This document shows positions 1 through 9,562 of a DNA stretch of 64,000 nt, one piece after another. The number at the start of each line of letters is the position of its first letter. Within the stretch, counting starts at the first letter, position 1. The stretch is from Candidatus Cloacimonadaceae bacterium (lineage in GTDB: Bacteria > Cloacimonadota > Cloacimonadia > Cloacimonadales > Cloacimonadaceae). The position numbers were made by a program, and so were the translations under genes. The stretch is from contig JAUYAR010000094.1 in assembly GCA_030693415.1 (NCBI GenBank), forward strand, positions 10,061 through 74,060, in the 5' to 3' direction. The notes below the pieces were generated by a model. It had not been told where the DNA came from. It worked only from the letters and a program-made list of their open reading frames with translations, and made no database searches.

Positions 1-114
1 ACAATCGGGCGGAGCAAGGTGCGCAATTCAGTTCCAAAGCACGGATTCTCTTGACAAATAGCTCCCCTTCGAGGCGTGGTAATCTCCAAACTAATACGGA
101 TCAGGAAAGATAAA

Positions 115-1317
115 ATGCGATTTATACATGAATTAAAAGTGATCAAACGAGCGGTGGACGAAGTGCTACCGCTGGAAGATATGATCAAAAAACTGGAGAA
201 ATCCGAAAAAACCGGCATGCCCCTGAGGATCAAATTTGGCATCGATCCCACCGGTTATGACGTCCACATCGGACATCTGGTGCCGATCCGCAAGATGCGC
301 GATTTTCAGGATTTGGGACACCTCGGAGTGATCATCATCGGAGATTTCACTGCTCAGATCGGTGATCCCACCGGGCGTGACGAATCCAGACCCCCGCTTA
401 CTTTGGACGAGATCAAATATAACAGCGAAAGATATATGGAACAGCTTTTTACCGTGCTGAAACCGGAATTGACCGAAGTGCGCTATCAAAGCGAATGGTT
501 TGGCGGCATGGGCATGATGGACGTGCTTGGTATGATGGGAAAGTTTACCTTAGCGCAATTTATGGCGCACGACACTTTCCGCAACCGTTATGAGCAAGGA
601 CTCCCGCTCGGCTTGCATGAGATCATGTATCCCATCCTGCAAGGCTATGATTCCGTGGCGATCAAATCCGATGTGGAACTGGGCGCCACCGAACAGAAGT
701 TCAACATCCTCTGCGGACGCGACATGCAAAGACACTTTGGCATGGAACAACAGGTCGCGGTGCTCTCTCCGATCCTCACCGGCACCGATGGAATCAACAA
801 AATGGGCAAATCACTCAATAACTATATAGCCGTTTTCGACAGCGCCGACGATAAGTTTGGCAAAGTGATGTCCATCCCGGATTCCCTGCTTTTAAACTAT
901 TTCAAATATGCCGCGAACTATGATGAAGAGGCTATCGAAGCGATCAAACTCGAGCTGGAAGGCGGGATCAATCCGATGATCTTGAAAAAGCGTCTGGCGC
1001 GCGAAATCGTGAGTTTCTATCATGATGACTGCGCTGCCCGCGAAGCTCAGGAGCACTTTGAGAAACTCTTTTCCAAAAAGGAAATCCCGCAGGAGATACC
1101 GGAATATTTCACGCCTGACACAAGCATGCGCATCGTGAAACTGCTCACCGAAAGCGGACTCTGCGAAAGCGGAGGAGAGGCAAAACGCCTCATTTCCGGA
1201 GGTGGAATCTCTATCGATGGAAACAAGATATCCTCCATCGAAGCGGAGCTCGAAATCACCGACGGGATGGTGATCAAAGCCGGCAAACGCAAGTTCGTGC
1301 GCATTAGGAGAATCTGA
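115..1317 (+). CDS. tyrS: tyrosine--tRNA ligase (class I, with C-terminal S4-like domain)
   Basis: ORF 76..1317. Class I signatures HIGH (DVHIGHLV) and KMSKS-like (KMGKS), plus a C-terminal S4-like segment (GEAKRLISGGGISIDG). The ORF opens at GTG 76; the first ATG (M14) is at 115 and is taken as the start. Stop TGA 1315-1317 overlaps the next ATG. Confidence 0.9.
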   Translation: MRFIHELKVIKRAVDEVLPLEDMIKKLEKSEKTGMPLRIKFGIDPTGYDVHIGHLVPIRKMRDFQDLGHLGVIIIGDFTAQIGDPTGRDESRPPLTLDEIKYNSERYMEQLFTVLKPELTEVRYQSEWFGGMGMMDVLGMMGKFTLAQFMAHDTFRNRYEQGLPLGLHEIMYPILQGYDSVAIKSDVELGATEQKFNILCGRDMQRHFGMEQQVAVLSPILTGTDGINKMGKSLNNYIAVFDSADDKFGKVMSIPDSLLLNYFKYAANYDEEAIEAIKLELEGGINPMILKKRLAREIVSFYHDDCAAREAQEHFEKLFSKKEIPQEIPEYFTPDTSMRIVKLLTESGLCESGGEAKRLISGGGISIDGNKISSIEAELEITDGMVIKAGKRKFVRIRRI

Positions 1318-1970
1318 TGGACCAGCATCTGCAAGACAGCATCGTCAAGACCGGTGTCACAATTGGAATCATCGGCATCATGTTTTACTGCATCATTTTG
1401 CATGAGATCAGCCACGCGCTGGTGGCGCTCTGGCTTGGTGACGACACCGCCAAACGTCAGGGACGCATGAGTTTAAATCCGATCAAGCACATCGATATGT
1501 TTGGCACGGTGATCATGCCGCTGATACTATATTTCACCGCAGGATTCATCTGGGGCTATGCAAAACCAGTGCCGATTAATCCCCACAACTTTGTCAATTA
1601 CAAGCGGGACATGGGTTTGTCTGCGTTAGCTGGTCCGGTCACAAACGTGATGATCGCGATCGTCTTTGCTCTGGTCTATCATCTCTTGCAGGGATTTGCC
1701 CTCTTTCAAAGCATCGCTTATATGGTGGTGTTTTTCAATCTCTTATTAGCGTTTTTCAATCTGATACCGATCCCCCCGCTGGATGGCTCCAAGGTTTTGG
1801 GCATTTTTCTGCCGGATCAGGCATATTTCAAATGGACGGCACAAGAGCGCAAAGGCATGTTTGCGCTCTTTATCATTATTATCGCATCGCAGCTGTTGGG
1901 CTTGAACGCGATCGGCTCCGTGGTTTTGCCTCCGGTCAAGTTCATCATGAATCTGTTGGGGATTGGCTAA
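1317..1970 (+). CDS. site-2 protease family zinc metalloprotease (peptidase M50)
   Basis: 217-aa polytopic membrane ORF with HExxH (LHEISHALVA) and the downstream NLIPIPPLDGSKV motif typical of M50/S2P. TGATG overlap with tyrS, and AGGAG lies upstream. Confidence 0.8.
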   Translation: MDQHLQDSIVKTGVTIGIIGIMFYCIILHEISHALVALWLGDDTAKRQGRMSLNPIKHIDMFGTVIMPLILYFTAGFIWGYAKPVPINPHNFVNYKRDMGLSALAGPVTNVMIAIVFALVYHLLQGFALFQSIAYMVVFFNLLLAFFNLIPIPPLDGSKVLGIFLPDQAYFKWTAQERKGMFALFIIIIASQLLGLNAIGSVVLPPVKFIMNLLGIG

Positions 1971-2014
1971 TTTATTGCATATCATAATCAAATAAAAACA
2001 TACAGGATAGAATC

Positions 2015-3436
2015 ATGGACAAAAACAAACTGATGCAAATGATTGACGAGCACGAAGTGAAAGCAATCGACCTGAAATATTGTGGAATGAATGGACACTG
2101 GTATCATATCACTTTTCCGGCGCGTAGAATCCAAAACGTGCTCGAACGCGGAGTTCCTTTTGACGGATCATCGATTCCGGGCATGCGTTCAGTCGAATCC
2201 GGAGACATGGTTTTGATGCCGGACATTGAAACCGCTCATCTCGATCCGTTCTACGAAACGCCGACCCTGAGATTGCTGTGCTCGATCTGCGATGCCGAAA
2301 CCCGCAAGGGCATCAAGAAAGATCCCCGTAGTGTGGCAAAGCGCGCGCACGAATATCTGATCTCCACAGGAATCGCAGACAGCAGCACCTGGATTCCGGA
2401 GCTCGAATTCCACCTCTTTGACATGATTGAATATAACTCGGATGAATTCTCTTCGGGATATACGATCAGTTCGTCTGAGAACAAGGCGTGCCTGCCGATG
2501 GATTTTGACGACATCGATGGGATCGCCCAGCAGGGCGTGAAGGGATATCACATGGATACACCCTATGACCGTTTCTATGAGCTCAGACAAAAGATGGTGG
2601 ACACTATCGAAGATTATGACATCAAGATTCGCTATCACCATCATGAAGTGGGGCTCTCCTCACAACAGGAAATCGAGACCGAACTGCTCGCCTTTCCAAA
2701 GATTTGCGATGATACGATGGTGATGAAGGATATCATTCGGCGAACCGCTCTCGAATATGGCGTCACCGCTACTTTCATGCCCAAACCGGTTTACAATCAA
2801 GCTGGAAACGGGATGCACTTTCATATCATGCTGCATAAAAACGGCAACAACGTCTTCTTTAAAAAAGGTGGCTATGCAGATCTCTCGGAAGAAGCGATCT
2901 GGTTCATCGGCGGAGTGCTCAAACACGGACGCAGCCTCGTTGCCTTCACCAATCCCAGTACCAATAGCTACAAGCGACTGCTGCCCGGTTTCGAAGCTCC
3001 GGTGAAATTATTTTATGGCTTGGCAAACCGCAGCGCAGCGATTCGCATACCCAAATATGCAAACACTCCGGAGAGCAAAAGATTTGAATTCAGAACCGGT
3101 GACGCCACCTGCAATCCCTATTTTGCCATGAGCGCCATCCTGATGGCAGGGCTCGACGGCATCATAAACAAGATTGATCCGGCACAGTATAACTTCGGTC
3201 CTTATGACGATAACGTCTTTAACTGGAGTGAAGAAAAGAAAGCGACCCTGCTATCGATCCCCGCAAACCTCAAGGAAGCGATGCAGTGTCTTGAAGAAGA
3301 TCATGATTACCTACTGCAGGGCGGAGTCTTCAACGAAGAACTGATTGAGAGCCACATCAAGCTCAAGCTCGCCGAATACGAGGCTGTTTTAAACAGAGTT
3401 CATCCCCATGAGATGATCCTCTATTACAATTTGTGA
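2015..3436 (+). CDS. glnA: glutamine synthetase, type I
   Basis: 473-aa ORF with GS signatures GNGMHFHIML and NPSTNSYKRLLPGFEAP. The length is typical of GSI. Confidence 0.9.
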   Translation: MDKNKLMQMIDEHEVKAIDLKYCGMNGHWYHITFPARRIQNVLERGVPFDGSSIPGMRSVESGDMVLMPDIETAHLDPFYETPTLRLLCSICDAETRKGIKKDPRSVAKRAHEYLISTGIADSSTWIPELEFHLFDMIEYNSDEFSSGYTISSSENKACLPMDFDDIDGIAQQGVKGYHMDTPYDRFYELRQKMVDTIEDYDIKIRYHHHEVGLSSQQEIETELLAFPKICDDTMVMKDIIRRTALEYGVTATFMPKPVYNQAGNGMHFHIMLHKNGNNVFFKKGGYADLSEEAIWFIGGVLKHGRSLVAFTNPSTNSYKRLLPGFEAPVKLFYGLANRSAAIRIPKYANTPESKRFEFRTGDATCNPYFAMSAILMAGLDGIINKIDPAQYNFGPYDDNVFNWSEEKKATLLSIPANLKEAMQCLEEDHDYLLQGGVFNEELIESHIKLKLAEYEAVLNRVHPHEMILYYNL

Positions 3437-3501
3437 TTTAAGGAACGATACTTGCAACAGTGTCGGTCATAAAGATTATTCCAAAATACTAAGGAAAGAC
3501 A

Positions 3502-6500
3502 ATGAAAAAACTTGTGGTTCTCCTACTGCTCAGTGTGTGTGTGTATGTCGCATTTGCCGCACAGACTGAACACCAATTTCGTACATATAACGATGCGTTC
3601 TCGATCGGTTCGAGAAACGTTGCTTATATGGACATCAATTTCAGCTTGCCTGAATATGAGATCGTTGAAGAAAACGTGGGCGGAGCGATCTATCACCGAA
3701 TCCTCCTGCCCGATGCCGGAACCCTGATGGAAAGCGGCATGCCGGAGCTACCCACTATCTCCATCAACATTGCGATCCCGCGCAGAGGCGGAGTCTCCAT
3801 CGAAGCGCTCGCTTCTCATCAGACCAATGTATCTCAGTTCAAAGCGTATCCTTTGCAGCAGGGACATGAGCTGGAAAGTCCCAAAGCCTTTGTGATCAAG
3901 AATTCTTATTACAACAGTGGTGGCATCTATCCGGAAGCCGCTATCGAATATAGTGATCCGATGATCATTCGCGATTTTCGTATCATCACCGTTCAGATCA
4001 ATCCCTTTTCCTACGATGCCGAAAACCAGGAGCTTGTCGTTCGTGAAAACATCAGTTTCCGGCTGAACTATCATAACTCCATCGGAATCAACGAACTCGA
4101 AGGTGAGCTGACAGGCTATTCCCCCAGTTTCACCAAGATCTATGAATCCATGATCCTCAATTTTAACGATTACCGCAATCCGATGTATGCAAACGTGCCG
4201 CCCCGCTATCTGATCATCTATGGCACCACCACCGATCAGAACTTCCACACTGCCTTGAACGGCTATATTCTCTGGAAAAAGCAAAAAGGTGCGGATGTCG
4301 ATGTTGCCAGTACTGCGACAAACTCAGCGGGATCAAGCACTACTTCGATCAAGAACTATATCCAAAGCGCCTACAACAATCCCGCCACGCGCCCTGATCA
4401 TGTCATCTTAATTGGAGACACCGGCGGAGCCTACACAATCCCCACGTTCACGGTCAGTGGCGGTCCCGGGGATTATCCTTATACACATCTTGCCGGAGGA
4501 GACGGTCAAGGCGATGTGTTTATCGGCAGAATCTCCGTCGAGGATTTCACTCAGTTCAATCTGATGCTGGCAAAGACCTATCTTTATGAAAGAGACATCA
4601 ACGTCAGCACCGCTGCCTGGCTGGAAAGAATGCTGTTAGTGGGAGACTGGTCTCCCTCAGGCATTTCCACCATGTATATCAGCAAGTATATCAAGGAATT
4701 GGCGCTCTACGTGAATCCGAATTACACTTTCACGGAACTCTATGGCGCAGAGCCTTCCGCCGCCTCTATGAATACCGCCATCAACCAAGGCGTCGGCTTT
4801 TTCAGCTTTCGCGGATATCTTGGCATGAGCGGATGGTCTCCTTCGGAGTCGTTGAACAATGCGTTCCGCTTGCTGCATGCAGTGATCATCACTTGCGGAA
4901 CGGGAAATTTCAGCGGCGGCACAGCCACCTCCGAAGCCTTTGTCCGGCTCGGCACTTCCGCCTCTCCCAAGGGAGCGGTGACCGCCATCGGCATGGCTAC
5001 TTCATCCACCCACACGACTTTCAACAATTGTGTGCACGGTGCCATTTTTGCCGGAGTCTATGCCCATGAAATGAGAACCATGGGCGAGGCTCTCCTGCAT
5101 GGCAAGCTGTATCTGAATCAGATATTTGGGGTTTCCTCACCCGGTAACGTCATCAGCTTTGCGCAATGGTCTAACCTAATGGGCGATCCCACCATGGAAG
5201 TCTTCGTCGGCATACCCAATCAATTCAATATCACTGCGCAAAGTACCATCCCGCTTGGTTTGAGCCTGCTTGATATCGCGGTCAGAAATGTTGGAAACCT
5301 CGCTGTCGAAGGCGCCTGTGTGACCCTCACTCAAGGCACCAACGTGATCGCCAGAGGCTACACCGATATCAATGGAAACGTGATCATGAACCTGCCTGTC
5401 TCGATGGTTGCCGGAGCGATGATCATCACCGTTTCCGCGCACAATTTCAAACCGCTGCAGCAAAATATCACGGTAGCCAACATCGCAACCCTCGTTCCTG
5501 ATTCAATCCTTATCGAAGATGACGCCAACGCTCCTTCGAACGGAAACGGAGACGGACTTGCCAATGGCGGCGAGACAATTGAAGTGCTCTTTGGATTGAA
5601 TAACACCGGCTCGACCACGATCAGCGGCATTAGCGGATACATCACCACTACCAGTCCCTATGTGACTTTTACAGATTCCACGCTGTCTTATCCGAGTATT
5701 CCCGGTCAGGGGCTTGGCTTCAATAACACTCCGATCGTGATGAATATCGCCAGAAACACTCCCCATCTGGAAACCCTTCGCATTCATCTGATACTCACCG
5801 ATTCACAGGGCACGGAATATGACGTCTCGGAGTTTATCATCGTGCACAACGCCAAGATCAGATATCTTTCCTATGCCATGGTCGGAAACACAAACAACGC
5901 TCTTGATCCCGGTGAAACCAGTGCCTTCAATGTGCTGATCTCAAATATCGGCGCCATGCCTGTGACCGGTGTTTTCGGCAGGCTCTATAGCTTGAACGAT
6001 CTCGTTTCGACTCCGGATCACACAGCTTATTATGGCGATCTGGCAGTGAACGCACAGGCGAACCCCACCACCGATAACTTCCAGCTATTTGCACGTTCCG
6101 AAACACTGCCAGGCATGCTGATCCCGATGCGATTGAAACTATATAATGCACTCGGTTTCGAGCAATGGGTTGAATTTACCCTCACCGTCGGCGTCGTCAC
6201 CGTCAACGATCCTCTGGGTCCAGACACCTACGGATATGTGATCTTTGACGATACGGATGCCTCCTATAGCCAACGCCCTATCTATGATTGGGTGGGAATC
6301 GCTCCCGCAGAGGGAGGAGTAGGCACACCGCTCGCGATCTCAGATTCATATACCTCAGGAAACGAAGGCGACCAAGTGGGTGCAAACGCACTCGCAGTCG
6401 TCACTCTGCCCTTCCCCTTCCAATTCTATGGCAGGTTGTATAGCCAGATCACTGTTTGCTCAAACGGATTCATCGCCCTGGGTGTGACCGCCAATGCCGA

Positions 6501-8961
6501 ATTCCGAAACTTCCGTTTGCCGGGCGCCATGGGTCCCAATCCCATGATCGCTGCTTTCTGGGATGATCTTGCAACTCATGCCGGCAGCGGCATATACACC
6601 TGGTTCGACCGTAATAATCATGCTTTTGTGATCGAATGGTACAATATGCGCAACGGCAACAACGGCACGTCTCCGGAAACCTTCCAGATCATTCTCTATG
6701 ATCAATCCACCCACTCCACCAGCCTTGGCGACGGACCAATCAAGATCCAATATCACACCTTCAATAACGTTGACGCTCAATCCGGAAGCCGTCATGGCAA
6801 TTTCAGCACCATCGGAATCGAAGACCACACCGGTCAGGTGGGGCTTGAATATTCATTCAACAATCAATATCCAGCCGGTGCCTCTCCGCTTGGCAACCAA
6901 CGCGCCATCTACATCACCAACGTGCCAGTTTATCTCCAAGTGGCGCATGTCATTTTGGGCGAGACCTATATCACGGACAGCAACGGCAACAGCGTTTGCG
7001 AGCCCGGTGAAACAGTCGAACTCGGCATTCAGCTCAACAACGCGGGAAACACTTTAGCGGACAACATCGTCGCCACACTGTCCACCGATAACCAATTTGT
7101 GACGATCATCAACGGTGTCTCCGACTACTATCCTTTAAACGCAGATGATTATGGCGTGAACCGCAGTCCCTACAGATTCAGCGTTTCGCCCCTCTGCCCC
7201 AATGGTCAGATCATCAATTTCTCACTGCAGGTCGTCTCCGGAGAATACCTCTGGACTCGTCAGTTCAGCATCCGCATCGATGCCTCCGTGCTGGAATACC
7301 ACTCATTCCTGATCGAGGATTCCATAGCAGAGTTCAACGGTGTCATTGATCTGATGGAAACCGTCAAGCTCGTAGTCAACGTCAGAAACAACGCTGCGGT
7401 CGAAGCCAGAAATGTCGTCGCCGTTCTCAGTACTTCGAATCCGGACGTGGTCATTTCCGCACCGATATTGATCAAACCCGGAATCCAGGCAAATAACATC
7501 ATGCAGTTTGTCTTTAACCTGCAGTTCAACGGCGTTAGCGGAACCGGCAATTATGTGCCTTTCCAATTCAATGCCACGTCCGGAAACGGTTTACCGCTTT
7601 CCACGACTATCCATGTTCCCTACAATATTCCGGAGCTTTTCAGCAATTTCGAACAGGAAAATGCCGGATTCATCTCCGAAACCGGTTGGGCTTGGGGTAC
7701 ACCTTCGCAGGTGGCTCCATACTCCGGACAGAAAGTCTGGGCGACCAACCTGAGCGGAACATATCCCCACTTGGTGGAATATCACCTCTTCACTCCTTCC
7801 TACACTCTGCAAGCCGCCAGCACGCTCAGCTTCAAACATTATTACAATGTGGAATCTGGCTATGACGGCTGCAACGTTAGCATCTCCATAAACAATGGAA
7901 ATACCTGGACTATTCTGACCCCTGTGGGCGGATACACCCATACTGCGCTTTCCGGTTTGAACGGTGAGCCAGGCTATTCCGGAAACAGCAATGCCTGGAT
8001 GTCCGCAAGTTTCAACCTGAATAGCTACGCGGGGCAAAGAATCAGGCTGCGTTTCCGTTTTGGATCAGACGGAGCGGTGAGCAATATCGGTTGGTTCCTG
8101 GATGACTTCATGCTCACGGGAGTCGATCGCAAGACCGGCTATCTGCATGGAATCGTGATTCCCACTTCCGATTTTTCCCCTACCTTGGCAACGGTTTCGG
8201 CAAACAACTATCTTGCCACGAATCCTGCTGCCGACGGCACTTTCAAGCTCTATCTACCCTTTGGCAATTTCTCCGTCACAGCTTCTCTGCCGCACCATCA
8301 AAGCTCATCAACGAACAACGTCAATATCTCACCCTCCGTGCCTCATCGCTACACGGAGTTTACCCTGATCAGCCTTCCCAAGCCGGCGAGCATTCACTTC
8401 ACTGTGAACAACCTCACCGGATTGATGAACCTGAGCTGGATGGAACCATTCGACCCCGTCCTGCCGGTGATGGCATACAAGGTTTACAAGAAATTTGATT
8501 CAGGTCCTTTCACCCTACTCCAGGAAACGACCTCCACCTATTTCAGCGAAACCATCAGCCTCCACGGCACATATAAATACTTCGTGACCGTCCGCTACAT
8601 CAATACCGAGGGAACTCCCAGCGACACGGTGTCCTTTGCCTTCCCCTATGTAAGCAACGCGGAAGAAGCGCAGACTCCAGGATTGGTCACAAATCTCAGG
8701 GGAAATTACCCCAACCCCTTCAATCCCAGCACCACCATTTCCTTTGATCTGGCAAAAGCCGGAAAGGTGAAACTCAACATCTACAACATCAAAGGACAAT
8801 TGGTGAAAGCCCTGGCAAACGACGTTTTCGGCGTTGGCAGACACCGCATCATCTGGGATGGAAAGGACAACCACAAGCGCAGCGTCGCCAGCGGAGTGTA
8901 TTTCTACCGCCTGGAAACAAAGGGCTATACCAATACCCGCAAAATGCTGATGTTAAAATAA
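3502..8961 (+). CDS. giant secreted multidomain protein: peptidase C25 (gingipain)-like domain, NIDO-like module, jelly-roll/MAM-like domain, FN3-like repeat, T9SS C-terminal sorting domain
   Basis: 1819-aa ORF with signal peptide MKKLVVLLLLSVCVYVAFA. The C25-like block (ILIGDTGG...FSFRGYLGMSGW...IITCGTGNF...MGDPTM) aligns with the gingipain catalytic region as I remember it. The C-terminus NYPNPFNPSTTISF...GVYFYRLE...RKMLMLK is a type A T9SS/FlgD-Ig-like tail. A terminator follows. Confidence 0.8.
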   Translation: MKKLVVLLLLSVCVYVAFAAQTEHQFRTYNDAFSIGSRNVAYMDINFSLPEYEIVEENVGGAIYHRILLPDAGTLMESGMPELPTISINIAIPRRGGVSIEALASHQTNVSQFKAYPLQQGHELESPKAFVIKNSYYNSGGIYPEAAIEYSDPMIIRDFRIITVQINPFSYDAENQELVVRENISFRLNYHNSIGINELEGELTGYSPSFTKIYESMILNFNDYRNPMYANVPPRYLIIYGTTTDQNFHTALNGYILWKKQKGADVDVASTATNSAGSSTTSIKNYIQSAYNNPATRPDHVILIGDTGGAYTIPTFTVSGGPGDYPYTHLAGGDGQGDVFIGRISVEDFTQFNLMLAKTYLYERDINVSTAAWLERMLLVGDWSPSGISTMYISKYIKELALYVNPNYTFTELYGAEPSAASMNTAINQGVGFFSFRGYLGMSGWSPSESLNNAFRLLHAVIITCGTGNFSGGTATSEAFVRLGTSASPKGAVTAIGMATSSTHTTFNNCVHGAIFAGVYAHEMRTMGEALLHGKLYLNQIFGVSSPGNVISFAQWSNLMGDPTMEVFVGIPNQFNITAQSTIPLGLSLLDIAVRNVGNLAVEGACVTLTQGTNVIARGYTDINGNVIMNLPVSMVAGAMIITVSAHNFKPLQQNITVANIATLVPDSILIEDDANAPSNGNGDGLANGGETIEVLFGLNNTGSTTISGISGYITTTSPYVTFTDSTLSYPSIPGQGLGFNNTPIVMNIARNTPHLETLRIHLILTDSQGTEYDVSEFIIVHNAKIRYLSYAMVGNTNNALDPGETSAFNVLISNIGAMPVTGVFGRLYSLNDLVSTPDHTAYYGDLAVNAQANPTTDNFQLFARSETLPGMLIPMRLKLYNALGFEQWVEFTLTVGVVTVNDPLGPDTYGYVIFDDTDASYSQRPIYDWVGIAPAEGGVGTPLAISDSYTSGNEGDQVGANALAVVTLPFPFQFYGRLYSQITVCSNGFIALGVTANAEFRNFRLPGAMGPNPMIAAFWDDLATHAGSGIYTWFDRNNHAFVIEWYNMRNGNNGTSPETFQIILYDQSTHSTSLGDGPIKIQYHTFNNVDAQSGSRHGNFSTIGIEDHTGQVGLEYSFNNQYPAGASPLGNQRAIYITNVPVYLQVAHVILGETYITDSNGNSVCEPGETVELGIQLNNAGNTLADNIVATLSTDNQFVTIINGVSDYYPLNADDYGVNRSPYRFSVSPLCPNGQIINFSLQVVSGEYLWTRQFSIRIDASVLEYHSFLIEDSIAEFNGVIDLMETVKLVVNVRNNAAVEARNVVAVLSTSNPDVVISAPILIKPGIQANNIMQFVFNLQFNGVSGTGNYVPFQFNATSGNGLPLSTTIHVPYNIPELFSNFEQENAGFISETGWAWGTPSQVAPYSGQKVWATNLSGTYPHLVEYHLFTPSYTLQAASTLSFKHYYNVESGYDGCNVSISINNGNTWTILTPVGGYTHTALSGLNGEPGYSGNSNAWMSASFNLNSYAGQRIRLRFRFGSDGAVSNIGWFLDDFMLTGVDRKTGYLHGIVIPTSDFSPTLATVSANNYLATNPAADGTFKLYLPFGNFSVTASLPHHQSSSTNNVNISPSVPHRYTEFTLISLPKPASIHFTVNNLTGLMNLSWMEPFDPVLPVMAYKVYKKFDSGPFTLLQETTSTYFSETISLHGTYKYFVTVRYINTEGTPSDTVSFAFPYVSNAEEAQTPGLVTNLRGNYPNPFNPSTTISFDLAKAGKVKLNIYNIKGQLVKALANDVFGVGRHRIIWDGKDNHKRSVASGVYFYRLETKGYTNTRKMLMLK

Positions 8962-8990
8962 CATTAAACTCTCGTAAATCTAAATATGAC

Positions 8991-9019
8991 CCCGGTGGAA
9001 ACACCGGGTTTTTCTTTTT
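8991..9019 (+). terminator. Rho-independent terminator downstream of the 1819-aa gene
   Basis: Stem CCCGGTG (8991-8997), loop GAAA, stem CACCGGG (9002-9008), followed by TTTTTCTTTTT (9009-9019). Confidence 0.75.
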
Positions 9020-9041
9020 GCCCAGAGAAATATGATAACAT

Positions 9042-9180
9042 GTAGAGCAGCATGCCGATGCTGTTTATCCGGAAAGCTAATCTGGGAATCCGGGGAGTTT
9101 AGCAGCAGTGGCATGCTGAACTACCGGAAAGTTTATTGCATTTTCGTTTCCGCAGCATCGGCATGCTGCGCTACCACGCC
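9042..9180. repeat. three tandem, imperfect ~55-bp units, each carrying a GCAGCA-N-ATGCTG hairpin
   Basis: Units start near 9042, 9098 and 9152. Their hairpins are CAGCATGCCGATGCTG, GCAGCAGTGGCATGCTG and GCAGCATCGGCATGCTGC. The first two are followed by CCGGAAAG. The last unit (9150-9174) is identical over 25 nt to 48591-48615. Confidence 0.6.
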
Positions 9181-9188
9181 CCACTGCG

Positions 9189-9244
9189 TCAATCATGCCT
9201 TAATCAAGCCTTAATCAAGCGTAATAAAACTAACGCTTGATTAA
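9189..9244. repeat. partial iteron palindrome: TTAATCAAGCS direct units, 12-nt AT core, one inverted unit
   Basis: Layout: tcaatcatgcc (degenerate, 9189-9199), TTAATCAAGCC (9200-9210), TTAATCAAGCG (9211-9221), core TAATAAAACTAA (9222-9233), CGCTTGATTAA (9234-9244). Same family as 48625-48704, but the core is the reverse complement. Confidence 0.7.
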
Positions 9245-9562
9245 CACTATGGAAAGGGAGTGGCATCGGCTATGAACATGTAAGTAATTGATGCACTGGG
9301 ATATATGGCAATATGTAGAATCGCGATAAACAAATAACGATAAGCAAATATACAAATCCTTGGATGATGAGCAAATGGGTAAGCAAGAAAGTACAAGTAT
9401 ATTGTTTGGGCAGTAGATCAGAAAAACTTGCAGATTTCCAGAAAATGTTTATCATATCAGAAATCGTTTGATAGTATCGAGTGAATAAGCCAAAAGGGCT
9501 GATCGGTTGGTCTGTGTCCAACCTTTTCCCGATACACGAACTATAAATAGAAGGAGTAAACA

